From an uncultured Candidatus Marinamargulisbacteria bacterium (GTDB taxonomy: Bacteria > Margulisbacteria > Marinamargulisbacteria > GCA-2716485 > CALLLO01), in the NCBI GenBank assembly GCA_938082985.1, contig CALLLO010000112.1, forward strand, positions 1 to 33,510: a stretch of 33,510 bases of DNA. The letters are read 5' to 3'. Each line of letters opens with the position of its first letter. The first letter of the stretch is position 1. Below are positions 16,048 through 24,460 of the stretch, piece by piece. The notes under the pieces were generated by a model. The model was not told where the DNA came from, did no database searches, and saw only the letters and a program-made list of their open reading frames with translations. The position numbers were made by a program, and so were the translations under genes.

Positions 16048-18048
16048 ATGGTTTTAGAAAATAAATTTATTAAAGTGGGTCTTTTCGCGGCACTATTTGT
16101 CTCGTTTCTTGTGAGCATTAATATTGGGGTTAGACGCTTTAATTTTGAAGAGCAGAACAATAAAGTGGAAGTAGCCGTGTCGTATAACGCTATTAAGAGA
16201 CTCTCTATTAGGGGAGGGAGTATTGAAACTAATACACTTCTTGAAAGATTAAAAAAAGAGAGTGGTATAACCTCCGTTGCACTAGAAGAAGATACCTTGG
16301 AGTATTTTGTTAATGAGGGAAAGGTTACTGTTTTAAAAGGGTCTGAGATCATGAACATGTATCGTGTGGGGCATGTGAATCGCTACTTGTTAACGCATTT
16401 ATATAAGCAAATAAAAGTAAAGCCGGATCGGTTTTATCTTATTATTGACGAGAAATCAGATTATGAACAAATTCGTGATTTTTTGAATGTAGAATTTGGG
16501 AAAGATAATGTGAGACGTGTTGGTAGTTTAAACATCTTAGAAGTGGTAGATGATAGAGATGATCTGATGCAGTTAGGTCTAGGCGTATCGAAACAGCATA
16601 TTAAGGATGTTTTGGCACTGGGATTGAGACCTATTATTCGCTTAAAAAATAGTAATAGGTTGAGCACGTCTGCCATTAAGCAAAAAATACTGAGTTTTGT
16701 GAGTGAGGTACCGGAAGCTACCATTATTTTTGAAGGGAAAACTGTCTTGGGCTATCCTAGTCAGATTGAGTATCTGCAGGAAAAGGTAAAGGATAATGAC
16801 CTGAAGATTGGGATTGTAGAATTTAGTAGTCAGTTAGGTGACCATAATTTGGCGAAGGGCTTACCCGAACATGTGTTGCGGGTACATAGTATTGGTGAGG
16901 ACGAACTCAGATACATGCCAGCTAAAAAAGCAAAGGCTCGCTATCTCAGGGCGGCCAAAGAACGTGGCATAAAAATTTTATTTGTTTATCCGTATTTCCA
17001 AGTATTTGAAGATACGCCTATTGTAGAGTTTAATATTGCCTTTATTAAAGACATTACGGAGGGCTTAGAGGTGTTTGGCTTTGAGGTAGCCCCAGTTTTG
17101 GAGTTGCCTGTAGACTCTTATCACTCTGCAAAAAAATGGGAGATTTTTCTATTAAGTTTAGGCGTCTTAACGACGATTTTATTTTTAATACATTATTATA
17201 TTCCTTTATCTTTATTACGTACGAGTATTATTTATATAGGGTTTATTTTATCTTTTTATGCCTGTCTAAAATTTAACCTCCTAACGTCGTGGAACCAGGC
17301 TATGGCCGTGATGGTAGCTGTTTTATTTCCTAGTTTGGCCGTGATATCACAATTTCCAACAGAGCAAGATCTGATTAGGAATAAAGGCCGGTTTTTATCG
17401 GCTATTTTATATTTTTTAAAGTTGTTGGGTATGTGTATGGTAGGGGCTTTTCTTATTGTTGGGTTTTTGTCGGATATTAAATTTGTTTTTGGAATTGAAC
17501 GCTTTGCAGGCGTGAAGATATCTTTTATTTTACCGCTCATTTTTGTGAGTATTTATTTTTACTTGAGACCGCATAGGATTACCTCGATGTTTTTTATTTT
17601 AAAACGCTTGTTTTATTCACCCGTACGCACTGTAGGTCTTCTAGCGATTACAGTATTTTTTGCCTCTGTTTTAGTGTTGGTTTTACGCAGTGGGAATTAC
17701 ATTCCTATGCCGTCTATCTTTTTGGAAGAGAGGTTTAGAGCCTGGTTAGAAGCTGTCTTGTTGGTACGGCCTCGAACAAAGGAATTTTTAATTGGCTATC
17801 CGTTTTTGTTGTTTGCGTATATGAAGATAGATAAAGAGCTATCAAGACAGTGGTTATGGTTTTTTAATGTAATCGGTACTGTAGCTTTAATTTCTGTTGT
17901 TAATTCATTTTGTCATGTTCATACCCCTTTAAGTATTTCTATCTATAGGACAGTCTTGGGGATGCTTCTTGGCTTTGTTATTGGGCATATTTATATTATT
18001 GTTTTTAATGGTCTGCAGCGTCTTTTTAAATCACGCACTCATGCTTAA
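16048..18048 (+). CDS. Uncharacterised polytopic membrane protein: N-terminal TM, ~340-aa extracytoplasmic domain, ~9 C-terminal TM helices
   Basis: The hydrophobicity pattern was read from the translation. No catalytic motif was recognised. From memory the architecture resembles DUF5693-type envelope proteins; this was not verified. Confidence 0.6.
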   Translation: MVLENKFIKVGLFAALFVSFLVSINIGVRRFNFEEQNNKVEVAVSYNAIKRLSIRGGSIETNTLLERLKKESGITSVALEEDTLEYFVNEGKVTVLKGSEIMNMYRVGHVNRYLLTHLYKQIKVKPDRFYLIIDEKSDYEQIRDFLNVEFGKDNVRRVGSLNILEVVDDRDDLMQLGLGVSKQHIKDVLALGLRPIIRLKNSNRLSTSAIKQKILSFVSEVPEATIIFEGKTVLGYPSQIEYLQEKVKDNDLKIGIVEFSSQLGDHNLAKGLPEHVLRVHSIGEDELRYMPAKKAKARYLRAAKERGIKILFVYPYFQVFEDTPIVEFNIAFIKDITEGLEVFGFEVAPVLELPVDSYHSAKKWEIFLLSLGVLTTILFLIHYYIPLSLLRTSIIYIGFILSFYACLKFNLLTSWNQAMAVMVAVLFPSLAVISQFPTEQDLIRNKGRFLSAILYFLKLLGMCMVGAFLIVGFLSDIKFVFGIERFAGVKISFILPLIFVSIYFYLRPHRITSMFFILKRLFYSPVRTVGLLAITVFFASVLVLVLRSGNYIPMPSIFLEERFRAWLEAVLLVRPRTKEFLIGYPFLLFAYMKIDKELSRQWLWFFNVIGTVALISVVNSFCHVHTPLSISIYRTVLGMLLGFVIGHIYIIVFNGLQRLFKSRTHA

Positions 18049-18733
18049 CCAACATCCACGCCCACTAAGAGTATTTGAAGAGACGGCTCATGTAAGTTTT
18101 ACAAACAAAGCCTTACTTTCTCAAGCTTTTACACATAGTTCTTACGCCAAAAGAGGCACCGATAATGAGAGGTTAGAATTTTTTGGGGATGCTGTTTTAA
18201 AGCTTATTGTTTCGGAGTATCTCTATTTTAAATACCCGCATTTGGATGAAGGTGATTTAACCAAAAAAAGAGCTCAGATTGTATCAGATCGCTTACTTTC
18301 AGGCTTGTCTAGTGCCTTGTCTATAGGTAGTTATATGTTGTTTTCTGCGGGTGAAGCTGGGACTGGCGGGGCGAAAAAACCATCTAATTTGGCCAACGCT
18401 TTTGAGGCCCTCCTGGGCGCTATATATTTGGATTCTGGTTATGATGAGGCAAAGAATTTTTTTGTTGCGAGATTTGATTTGGCGCCGTCAGAGTTGAAAG
18501 TGGAGCTGCAGGACAGTAAAACAGTGTTACAAGAGTGGTCTCAAAAGTTTTGTGGAGAGTTACCTCTTTATAAAAATCTAGAGGAGACGGGTCCTGAGCA
18601 TGAAAAATGCTTCTCGGTTAGAGTGTCTGTAACTAAAAAGGGTAAAGAACTTTTTGCAAAGGGACAAGGGGTGTCTAAAAAAAGAGCTGAGCAAGAGGCG
18701 GCTAGGTGCTTGTTGGCGGATTTGTTAGGCTAG
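18041..18733 (+). CDS. rnc: Ribonuclease III
   Basis: The RNase III signature ERLEFFGDAVLKL is present, along with NLANAFEALLGAIYLD and a C-terminal dsRBD (KTVLQEWSQ...KKRAEQEAA). The preferred start is ATG 18041 (MLNQHPRPL), which overlaps the upstream stop by 8 nt. The hydrophobic 24-codon extension from 17969 is rejected. Confidence 0.9.
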   Translation: MLNQHPRPLRVFEETAHVSFTNKALLSQAFTHSSYAKRGTDNERLEFFGDAVLKLIVSEYLYFKYPHLDEGDLTKKRAQIVSDRLLSGLSSALSIGSYMLFSAGEAGTGGAKKPSNLANAFEALLGAIYLDSGYDEAKNFFVARFDLAPSELKVELQDSKTVLQEWSQKFCGELPLYKNLEETGPEHEKCFSVRVSVTKKGKELFAKGQGVSKKRAEQEAARCLLADLLG

Positions 18734-19369
18734 ATGTCGATTAGACATTGTAAAAAATGTAATCGGAGCTTTAGTGATAGTACTCTGTGTCCTATTTGCT
18801 TAGAACAATTGGTATATTTTGGGAGAGAGGAATCGGTGTTATCTCCTTCTGATATATTGGCGGAGTATGATAGTAAGCATCCCTATAATCCGATTGCTGA
18901 TTACACCGGCGAGTATTATATAAATACCTTTCACCCAGCTCAAGAAGCGATGATGATGGAGTGTGAAGATACACTTAAGAGGCATCCTGAAGATTTGGAT
19001 GCGAGTTTTCATTTAGCTTTATGTTATATGACCAAGGGAAATATGGAGCAAGCACAGCGATATATAGAGCCAGTTATTGCCGCGGGGCCGGCGGATGTGG
19101 GGCCTTACAAAAAGGCTGTGAGTGTGTACATGGCGCTTAATAATCCGGAGAAGGCATATGGTGTTTTACTTGTCTTATCTCAACGAGAGCCGGAGAGCCT
19201 GTCTGTGTGGGAAAACCTTGGCAAAGTATGTGTGTCATTGAGCAAAACAAAGCGCGCGTATGCCGCATTTAAAGAAGCAGAAAAACTATGTAGAGATGAG
19301 AATAAAAAAGACAGCCTTGGGCAGATGATGTTAAAGCTACAGGTTTATATGGGGTCTGATCCTAAATAA
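18734..19369 (+). CDS. Zinc-ribbon plus TPR-repeat protein
   Basis: The N-terminus has CKKC...CPIC. TPR-like helical repeats follow (LALCYMTKGNMEQAQRYIEPVI..., AVSVYMALNNPEKAYGVL...). The ATG directly abuts the rnc TAG. Confidence 0.65.
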   Translation: MSIRHCKKCNRSFSDSTLCPICLEQLVYFGREESVLSPSDILAEYDSKHPYNPIADYTGEYYINTFHPAQEAMMMECEDTLKRHPEDLDASFHLALCYMTKGNMEQAQRYIEPVIAAGPADVGPYKKAVSVYMALNNPEKAYGVLLVLSQREPESLSVWENLGKVCVSLSKTKRAYAAFKEAEKLCRDENKKDSLGQMMLKLQVYMGSDPK

Positions 19370-19890
19370 TCAGCTTTACTTAGGGTAAATAAGAGTCCTT
19401 CCCGGCCTTCAATATGAATGGATTTGAGGACGGTGAAGTGTAGTTTTTTTAAGACAGCTTGTGACGCGTCATTGTTTGCGGCGGTTTTAGCGTAGAGGAT
19501 GTTTAGAGGCGTGTGGGTGAATGCCCAGTGAATTACAGATCTGGATATTTCAGTAGCATAGCCTTTTCCCCATGCAGATTCTTTAAGGACATAGCCGATT
19601 TCAACGAGGGTAGGATCTGCGATGAGTTTGGACTGGATGAGTGTGCCGATGTGGACGATACCCGCACGACCAATGAATCTGTCTGACTCTTTTTCAAAGA
19701 GTGCCCAGGCACTGTAGCCATGAGTATCTTGGTGGGTAATAATATTTTGGAGGTCTTGTATTGACTGATGTGACTGGCGTGGGCCTTGACCGACAAGAGT
19801 CATCACTGTCTTGTCTTCGTGTAGGTCACGAATGAGGGGAAGATCATCCTTATTAAATGGGCGTGTATATAGGCGCTTAGTCTCAATCAT
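19345..19890 (-). CDS. GNAT-family N-acetyltransferase (RimJ/RimL-like)
   Basis: 181 aa with the pattern typical of RimJ-like GNATs (FIGRAGIVHIG..., AWGKGYATE). Confidence 0.75.
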   Translation of the reverse strand: MIETKRLYTRPFNKDDLPLIRDLHEDKTVMTLVGQGPRQSHQSIQDLQNIITHQDTHGYSAWALFEKESDRFIGRAGIVHIGTLIQSKLIADPTLVEIGYVLKESAWGKGYATEISRSVIHWAFTHTPLNILYAKTAANNDASQAVLKKLHFTVLKSIHIEGREGLLFTLSKADYLGSDPI

Positions 19891-19896
19891 GAGACA

Positions 19897-19924
19897 ATTT
19901 TATCAATTTTTTGTAAAGGTGCAA
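19897..19924 (-). promoter_or_regulatory. Sigma70-like promoter TTGCAC-16-TAAAAT, 6 nt before the GNAT ATG
   Basis: The minus strand reads TTGCAC ctttacaaaaaattga TAAAAT tgtctc ATG. No SD is present. Confidence 0.4.
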
Positions 19925-20044
19925 GCTTTTCGTATAGTGAAGACTCTAATATTAGCCACGGAACTCTGTGGTAGTTGAATAGAAAATGGAGCAGGCTATG
20001 ATTGAAGGTATACGTGTAGTGTGTCTGTAGGTAGTGAGGATGGC

Positions 20045-20521
20045 TTATTCGAGAGGGAGTTTGTGGAGTAGTCCTTCACAAGCATCTTCTAGAAGATCGA
20101 GCACTTGTTCAAATCCAGCCTCTCCACCGAAGTACGGGTCGGGGATGTGCGTAGCGCTGTGATGTTGGAGAAAGTCGGTCATGAGATAGATTTTCTTTTT
20201 GTGTGACTCTGTTGGTGCGAGATCGTGTAAGGCTTCGATATTGTCAGCATCCATGCCGATGATAAGGTCGAAGGTCTCGAAGTCTTGGGGAGTCTGGATA
20301 GGTCGTGAGAGGCTTGTTAGTGTGTAACCACGGGTTTTTGCATGAGCATGCATCCGAGAGTCGGCTGGGTTTCCTTCGTGGTAGTTTGTGATACCAGCGG
20401 AGTCACAAGACACTCTGGTATTGAGGCTTTCTTTGTTTAGAAGGTCTTGAAACAGCGCTTCAGCACTTGGCGAGCGGCAGATGTTACCGAGACAGATAAA
20501 CAAGATCTTCAATGTGTGCAT
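20045..20521 (-). CDS. Low-molecular-weight protein tyrosine phosphatase
   Basis: P-loop CLGNICRS (CX5R-S) at the N-terminus and the DPYFG Asp loop; 158 aa. Confidence 0.85.
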   Translation of the reverse strand: MHTLKILFICLGNICRSPSAEALFQDLLNKESLNTRVSCDSAGITNYHEGNPADSRMHAHAKTRGYTLTSLSRPIQTPQDFETFDLIIGMDADNIEALHDLAPTESHKKKIYLMTDFLQHHSATHIPDPYFGGEAGFEQVLDLLEDACEGLLHKLPLE

Positions 20522-20527
20522 GTAATT

Positions 20528-20535
20528 ATTATACA
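20528..20535 (-). promoter_or_regulatory. -10 element (TG TATAAT) 6 nt upstream of the LMW-PTP ATG
   Basis: The minus strand reads ccTGTATAATaattacATG. The TATAAT is perfect. No SD and no good -35 are present. Confidence 0.35.
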
Positions 20536-20590
20536 GGATTTGGGAAAGGGGGCCTATATTGAATGACTAGATTTTTTTTGGGAGATTAGC

Positions 20591-20596
20591 TATAAT
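20591..20596 (+). promoter_or_regulatory. Candidate -10 (TATAAT) for tRNA-Gln
   Basis: A perfect TATAAT ends 18 nt before the tRNA 5' end. At 17-nt spacing only a weak -35 (TAGATT) is present. Confidence 0.3.
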
Positions 20597-20614
20597 TCTA
20601 ATCATCGATTTTAT

Positions 20615-20688
20615 TGGGGCGTAGCCAAGTGGCAAGGCAGCGGGTTTTGATCCCGTCATCGTTGGTTCGATCCCAGCCGTCCCAGCCA
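20615..20688 (+). tRNA. tRNA-Gln (anticodon TTG), CCA encoded
   Basis: The acceptor is TGGGGCG/CGTCCCA with the U1-A72 pair typical of bacterial tRNA-Gln. The anticodon stem is GCGGG/CCCGT with loop TTTTGAT. The T arm is TGGTTCGATCCCA. The discriminator is G, followed by CCA. Confidence 0.9.
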
Positions 20689-21054
20689 ATTTTCACTTTC
20701 GTTAGCAGCGACAATTAAGTCGAAGGGCTTTTTAAGCTCAAAATTAATTGAACTACATAAAACACGAAGCCTTCAGTGATGTTTTTGTTTTAATATAGCG
20801 GCAAATATCAGCAACGTCAGCTTTTCTTTATATACGCTATGCCTCTAATATTTAGATGCACCTCAATGTTAAGGGATACACGATATTTACTAAACCCATA
20901 AAGTCAAAGACCTCGTCATTTTGGATCATGAATGAAGCCGAATGATTCTAAATTAACGATGGGATCGACGCGGGATTGAATTCTGGAACCACATTAAAAG
21001 ACGCACAAAAAGTTACTCTGAACCCATTGAAAAGGAGGGGGCGTTGTTTTTACC

Positions 21055-22041
21055 TCAAAATTCTACGTTTCCTATCTCGTTTTCGCAGCCGTCCCAAAAT
21101 ACATTGAAATTATCTTGGGTAAGTAGGTCCTTTTCTGGCTCCAATTTATCTGGAAAACCGGTCCACTGCTTGGGGCCAAAAAAATCACCTGGATTCGCGT
21201 CCTTATCCATGATGGCTCGGAGTATGCCGGTTGCGCCGTCTTCTGCTGACTGAGCCTGCTTCATAAACTCGCTTTCAGCATCCATACCCCCTGATTTTTC
21301 GGTTGTTACCTGAAGATTCGTTTTTGACAAACCAGGGTGAGCAACTAACGACATGATATTTAGTAGTCCATGGTCAATGAGTTTTTGATTGAGCACATAG
21401 GTAAAAACAAAATTGGCTAGTTTGGTTTGATGGTATCGCTGCCATCGTCCGCCTGAAAACCCCGACATATCACCTTTATCCGCACTATCTCCTCCGAGAT
21501 TTCCTCCGTTTTTTTCAAAATATTCTGGTTTTAGGGGGCCACCCAGACGGGCCATAGAAGTGTGATTAACTATCCGGGCATCGTTGCTTTTTTTTAGAAG
21601 GGGCAAAAGACCTTTAAATAATTGAAAATGGGAAATGACATTGGTATGCATTTGAATGTCGTATCCATCATCGGTCGCTATATCCTCTAAGGCCATAACC
21701 CCCGCATTATTAACTAAGACATCTAAACGGTCATAGTTTGATTTTACCTCCACAATCGCAGCATCGACGCTATCGATATGTTGAAGGTCGCAATTAATTT
21801 TGACAAACGTCCCGGATGGTACGACGGTTGATAGCTGTTCAAAAGATGACTCAGCTCGTTGGCTAGGGCGATTTAAAAGCAGAACTTCAGCTCCCATTTT
21901 TGCTACTTCCCGTGCCGCAATATAGCCCGTTCCCGAGGTCGTTCCTGTAATAGCAACAACCTTGTCGCTCATGGTGTGTCCATATTTTTCTATAACACTT
22001 TGTAAATGGATGGTTTTAATTGTGTTTGGCATTGTGCACAT
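21055..22041 (-). CDS. Short-chain dehydrogenase/reductase (classical SDR)
   Basis: Motifs are ITGTTSGTGY (TGxxxGxG), LVNNAGV and YHQTK (YxxxK). The true start may be ATG 22032 (9 nt after GAGG) or ATG 21972 (MSDKVVAITG). Confidence 0.8.
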   Translation of the reverse strand: MCTMPNTIKTIHLQSVIEKYGHTMSDKVVAITGTTSGTGYIAAREVAKMGAEVLLLNRPSQRAESSFEQLSTVVPSGTFVKINCDLQHIDSVDAAIVEVKSNYDRLDVLVNNAGVMALEDIATDDGYDIQMHTNVISHFQLFKGLLPLLKKSNDARIVNHTSMARLGGPLKPEYFEKNGGNLGGDSADKGDMSGFSGGRWQRYHQTKLANFVFTYVLNQKLIDHGLLNIMSLVAHPGLSKTNLQVTTEKSGGMDAESEFMKQAQSAEDGATGILRAIMDKDANPGDFFGPKQWTGFPDKLEPEKDLLTQDNFNVFWDGCENEIGNVEF

Positions 22042-22306
22042 CCTCAGTTTAGTTTTGAATTATTGTATCATTAATCCAACGGCGATTTCTATGCAAGCGC
22101 TATCTCTAATAGAACATCAATAATCTAAAATTCATTTCTATTCTGAGAACTAGCATCAAAAAAGTTCGATAATCATAGAATAACACCAGCCAAAACTTCC
22201 CTTAACTCTCAATCGCACTCAAGCTGGCACTAGTCGGATAGCTGGGCTATATCGCCTTACGCCATTTTGGGACGATTGTGCGTTTATGACTGTTTTGGCT
22301 TGATGT

Positions 22307-22393
22307 ATGAAGGTAACTGAAACGTTTCAACCCTTAATCGCATCCTTTAAATTCAGGCTGCCTATCTTAAGGGTAAGCGGTAAACGAACCCAA
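22307..22393 (+). pseudogene. Orphan 5' fragment paralogous to the ABC exporter gene at 24461
   Basis: 22324-22356 matches 24469-24501 at 31 of 33 nt, with weaker similarity for about 35 nt more. The encoded peptides are TFQPLIASFKFRLPILRV versus LFQPLIASFKFSLPSLKL. Homology then stops and the rest of track ORF 22307-22531 is unrelated. Confidence 0.6.
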
Positions 22394-22449
22394 TACGTGA
22401 AAACTTATGACGTAGGCGATATGTTACTAAGAAAAGAAGGATCTATTTT

Positions 22450-22704
22450 CTATTTATTTCGCGAGGTACGTATAGAAAAAATTTTAGGATATTTTTTAAG
22501 AATCACTCCAATATGGGTCTCACCTTTGTAGTCAAAGGAGACCTGATCTCCAACGTTAAACAATGCACGTTGAGCCTCTAGCTGTGCCGCCTCACAGGCT
22601 TCAATTATAATGACAAGTTTAGCCTGTAGTTCATAGCGTTACTTATCAGATATTGCCCATAAAAAGTCATCTATATTATCTGGTAACTTATCTATTAGGT
22701 TCTC
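22450..22704 (-). pseudogene. Remnant of an unidentified gene with an in-frame TAA
   Basis: The minus-strand frame reads ENLIDKLPDNIDDFLWAISDK*RYELQAKLVIIIEACEAAQLEAQRALFNVGDQVSFDYKGETHIGVILKKYPKIFSIRTSRNK*. The TAA is at 22639-22641. There is no start codon. The peptide looks protein-like but I did not recognise the family. Confidence 0.3.
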
Positions 22705-22920
22705 CTATTTTAAGGCAATAAAGTATCATAATTTTCAATCGAACGACAGCGCGGAATCCGTTTTAGCGCCTCAGTATAATAGTCCATCGGATCTAAGGAA
22801 AGAAACTAGTAAACGTTATTCATCTTTAACCTGCCACCTACTCTTACAGAGGAACCGGGTACCGTCCCATCCTGCTTCTCTTTACAAGATTGGTATAAAA
22901 TTCGTATAGTATTTGCTTAT

Positions 22921-23289
22921 ATGAAAGAACAAAAAAATGTTTTGGGAAAGCCTTTACGAGCTTGTTGTATGAAACCTCTTACGGGATTTACTCGTACTGG
23001 TTTTTGTGAGCTACATGTAGAAGATTATGGGCTTCATACAGTTTGTATTGTCGCTACAGATGAGTTTTTAACGTTTTCAAAATCTATTGGGAATGATCTT
23101 TCAACACCCATGCCAGACTTTCAATTCCCTGGCTTAAAAGAAGGTGACAAGTGGTGCTTATGCGCCTTACGCTGGAAAGAAGCATACGATGCCGGTGTTG
23201 CACCAAAAATCGTAATATCCGCCACGCACGAGTTTGTTCTAGACATTGTGGAGCTAGATGTATTAAAAGAACATGCTATTGATATGTAA
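22921..23289 (+). CDS. DUF2237-family protein
   Basis: NVLGKPLRACC..PLTGFTRTGFC....DYGLHTVC...TDEFLTFSKSIGNDLSTPMPDFQFPGLKEGDKWCLCALRWKEA....ATH matches the conserved DUF2237 pattern. Confidence 0.8.
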   Translation: MKEQKNVLGKPLRACCMKPLTGFTRTGFCELHVEDYGLHTVCIVATDEFLTFSKSIGNDLSTPMPDFQFPGLKEGDKWCLCALRWKEAYDAGVAPKIVISATHEFVLDIVELDVLKEHAIDM

Positions 23290-23307
23290 ATACAGTGTCT
23301 ATAAGGG

Positions 23308-24435
23308 ATGAAAGTCATATCGATTGAATCTACCCCTAACCCAAGTACAATAAAATTATTGCTAGATGTTCGTTTAGAAAATGGGAAGAGTTATAGCGTT
23401 TCTTGTGGAGATGCTATTAAGAAAGAGTCGACTGAAATTATTCAACAACTTCTTGAAATAGAGGGCATAAAAAATATTTTATATTTTACCAATTTTATTG
23501 CGATAACAAAGTCATCACTAGGGGCTTCCTGGGAAGATATCCTCATCCAATCACAAGAGATTATTAATGGGCCCGGGGCGCCTATTATTAAAGACTTTAG
23601 AGGAACCTCGGATGGGACACTTTTATACGGAGAAGTACACCTTAGTATTCAATATTTTAGAGATATCCCCATGCAAATTAAATTAACCGACCATACAGGC
23701 TCCAAAAAAAAACCTTTATCAGACAAATTTATGGCAGCGATTAAAGAGGCCACAATATATAGTCAAAATATGTTGATGGAACGCCTTTGGAAAGATGGCG
23801 GGAGTCGATTTGGAGAATTGGCTGAAGTTGAAAAAACACTTTTGGATGAATTGGATGCTATTTATACTGAAGAAAAGCTTTTTGATTTGTCCAAGAAACC
23901 TGTTAAAGAGGCACGCACTAACAGCTTAGACTCGCCATTAAAAAAAAGAACCTCTCCTAATAAAATATCCGATTGGAAAAATCGATTTAAGTTAGTAGAT
24001 GATCTTGGAAAAGATATTGATCGGCATTTGGATGATATTTTGATCTTTTCGACAGACGAACATTCATCTGTGAGGCGACTGGCTATTGCCTTGTTAGGGC
24101 AGTCAACATCTACAAAAGCAGTCACTAAATTAATAGACGCATTGCAAGACCCATCTGTATCCATACGACGAACAGCCGGTGATTGTCTCTCCGATATCGG
24201 AAATAAGGCGGCCATTCCAGCTATGATTAAGTCTTTAAACGATAAAAGTCGCTTGGTTCGGTGGAGAGCTGCACGTTTTATATATGAGCAAGGGGATAGC
24301 TCTGCGCTATCTGCATTGAAGGCGGCAGAAGAGTCTCCCGAATTTGAAGTAGCACTTCAAGTTAAGCAAGCCATCCATCGGATTCAGACTGGAAAAAGTC
24401 ACATAGAGCCCATGTGGAAGCAGCTTTTATCTTAA
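23308..24435 (+). CDS. HEAT-repeat protein with an Nfu-N-like N-terminal region (YpgR/CvfC-type, called from memory)
   Basis: The C-terminal third has PBS-lyase/HEAT-like repeats (SSVRRLAIALLGQ..., PSVSIRRTAGDCLSDIG..., SRLVRWRAARFIYEQG). The ~375-aa size and layout match Bacillota YpgR/CvfC-like proteins. Confidence 0.55.
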   Translation: MKVISIESTPNPSTIKLLLDVRLENGKSYSVSCGDAIKKESTEIIQQLLEIEGIKNILYFTNFIAITKSSLGASWEDILIQSQEIINGPGAPIIKDFRGTSDGTLLYGEVHLSIQYFRDIPMQIKLTDHTGSKKKPLSDKFMAAIKEATIYSQNMLMERLWKDGGSRFGELAEVEKTLLDELDAIYTEEKLFDLSKKPVKEARTNSLDSPLKKRTSPNKISDWKNRFKLVDDLGKDIDRHLDDILIFSTDEHSSVRRLAIALLGQSTSTKAVTKLIDALQDPSVSIRRTAGDCLSDIGNKAAIPAMIKSLNDKSRLVRWRAARFIYEQGDSSALSALKAAEESPEFEVALQVKQAIHRIQTGKSHIEPMWKQLLS

Positions 24436-24460
24436 GGAAGGTAAAGGGCCCATTATTCAT

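Noticed and set aside
17969-18040. A 24-codon hydrophobic N-terminal extension of RNase III
   Set aside because: It is the out-of-frame reading of the last TM helix of the upstream membrane gene. ATG 18041 gives a standard RNase III N-terminus.
20960-20968. A 9-nt match (reverse complement TCGATCCCA) to the tRNA-Gln T-arm/acceptor region, as a possible att repeat marking an integrated island
   Set aside because: It is in inverted rather than direct orientation, is only 9 nt long, and there is no integrase. It is consistent with chance.
21044-21253. Antisense or overlapping track ORFs here and at 547-778, 3038-3292, 5311-5523, 7761-8018, 9197-9451, 9665-10010, 11050-11535, 15350-16009, 16041-16358, 16461-16724, 17256-17540, 18792-18974, 19533-19796, 23121-23318, 23862-24215, 26323-26598, 27511-27756, 29005-29199, 29396-29662, 31458-31673, 32380-33009
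   Set aside because: Each lies entirely within, and opposite to or out of frame with, a longer ORF that has clear family motifs. None shows independent start signals or a recognisable domain.
22307-22531. Track ORF of 74 aa as a real gene
   Set aside because: The first ~25 codons copy the ABC exporter N-terminus. The remainder is antisense to another remnant. It is interpreted as a chimeric pseudo-ORF.
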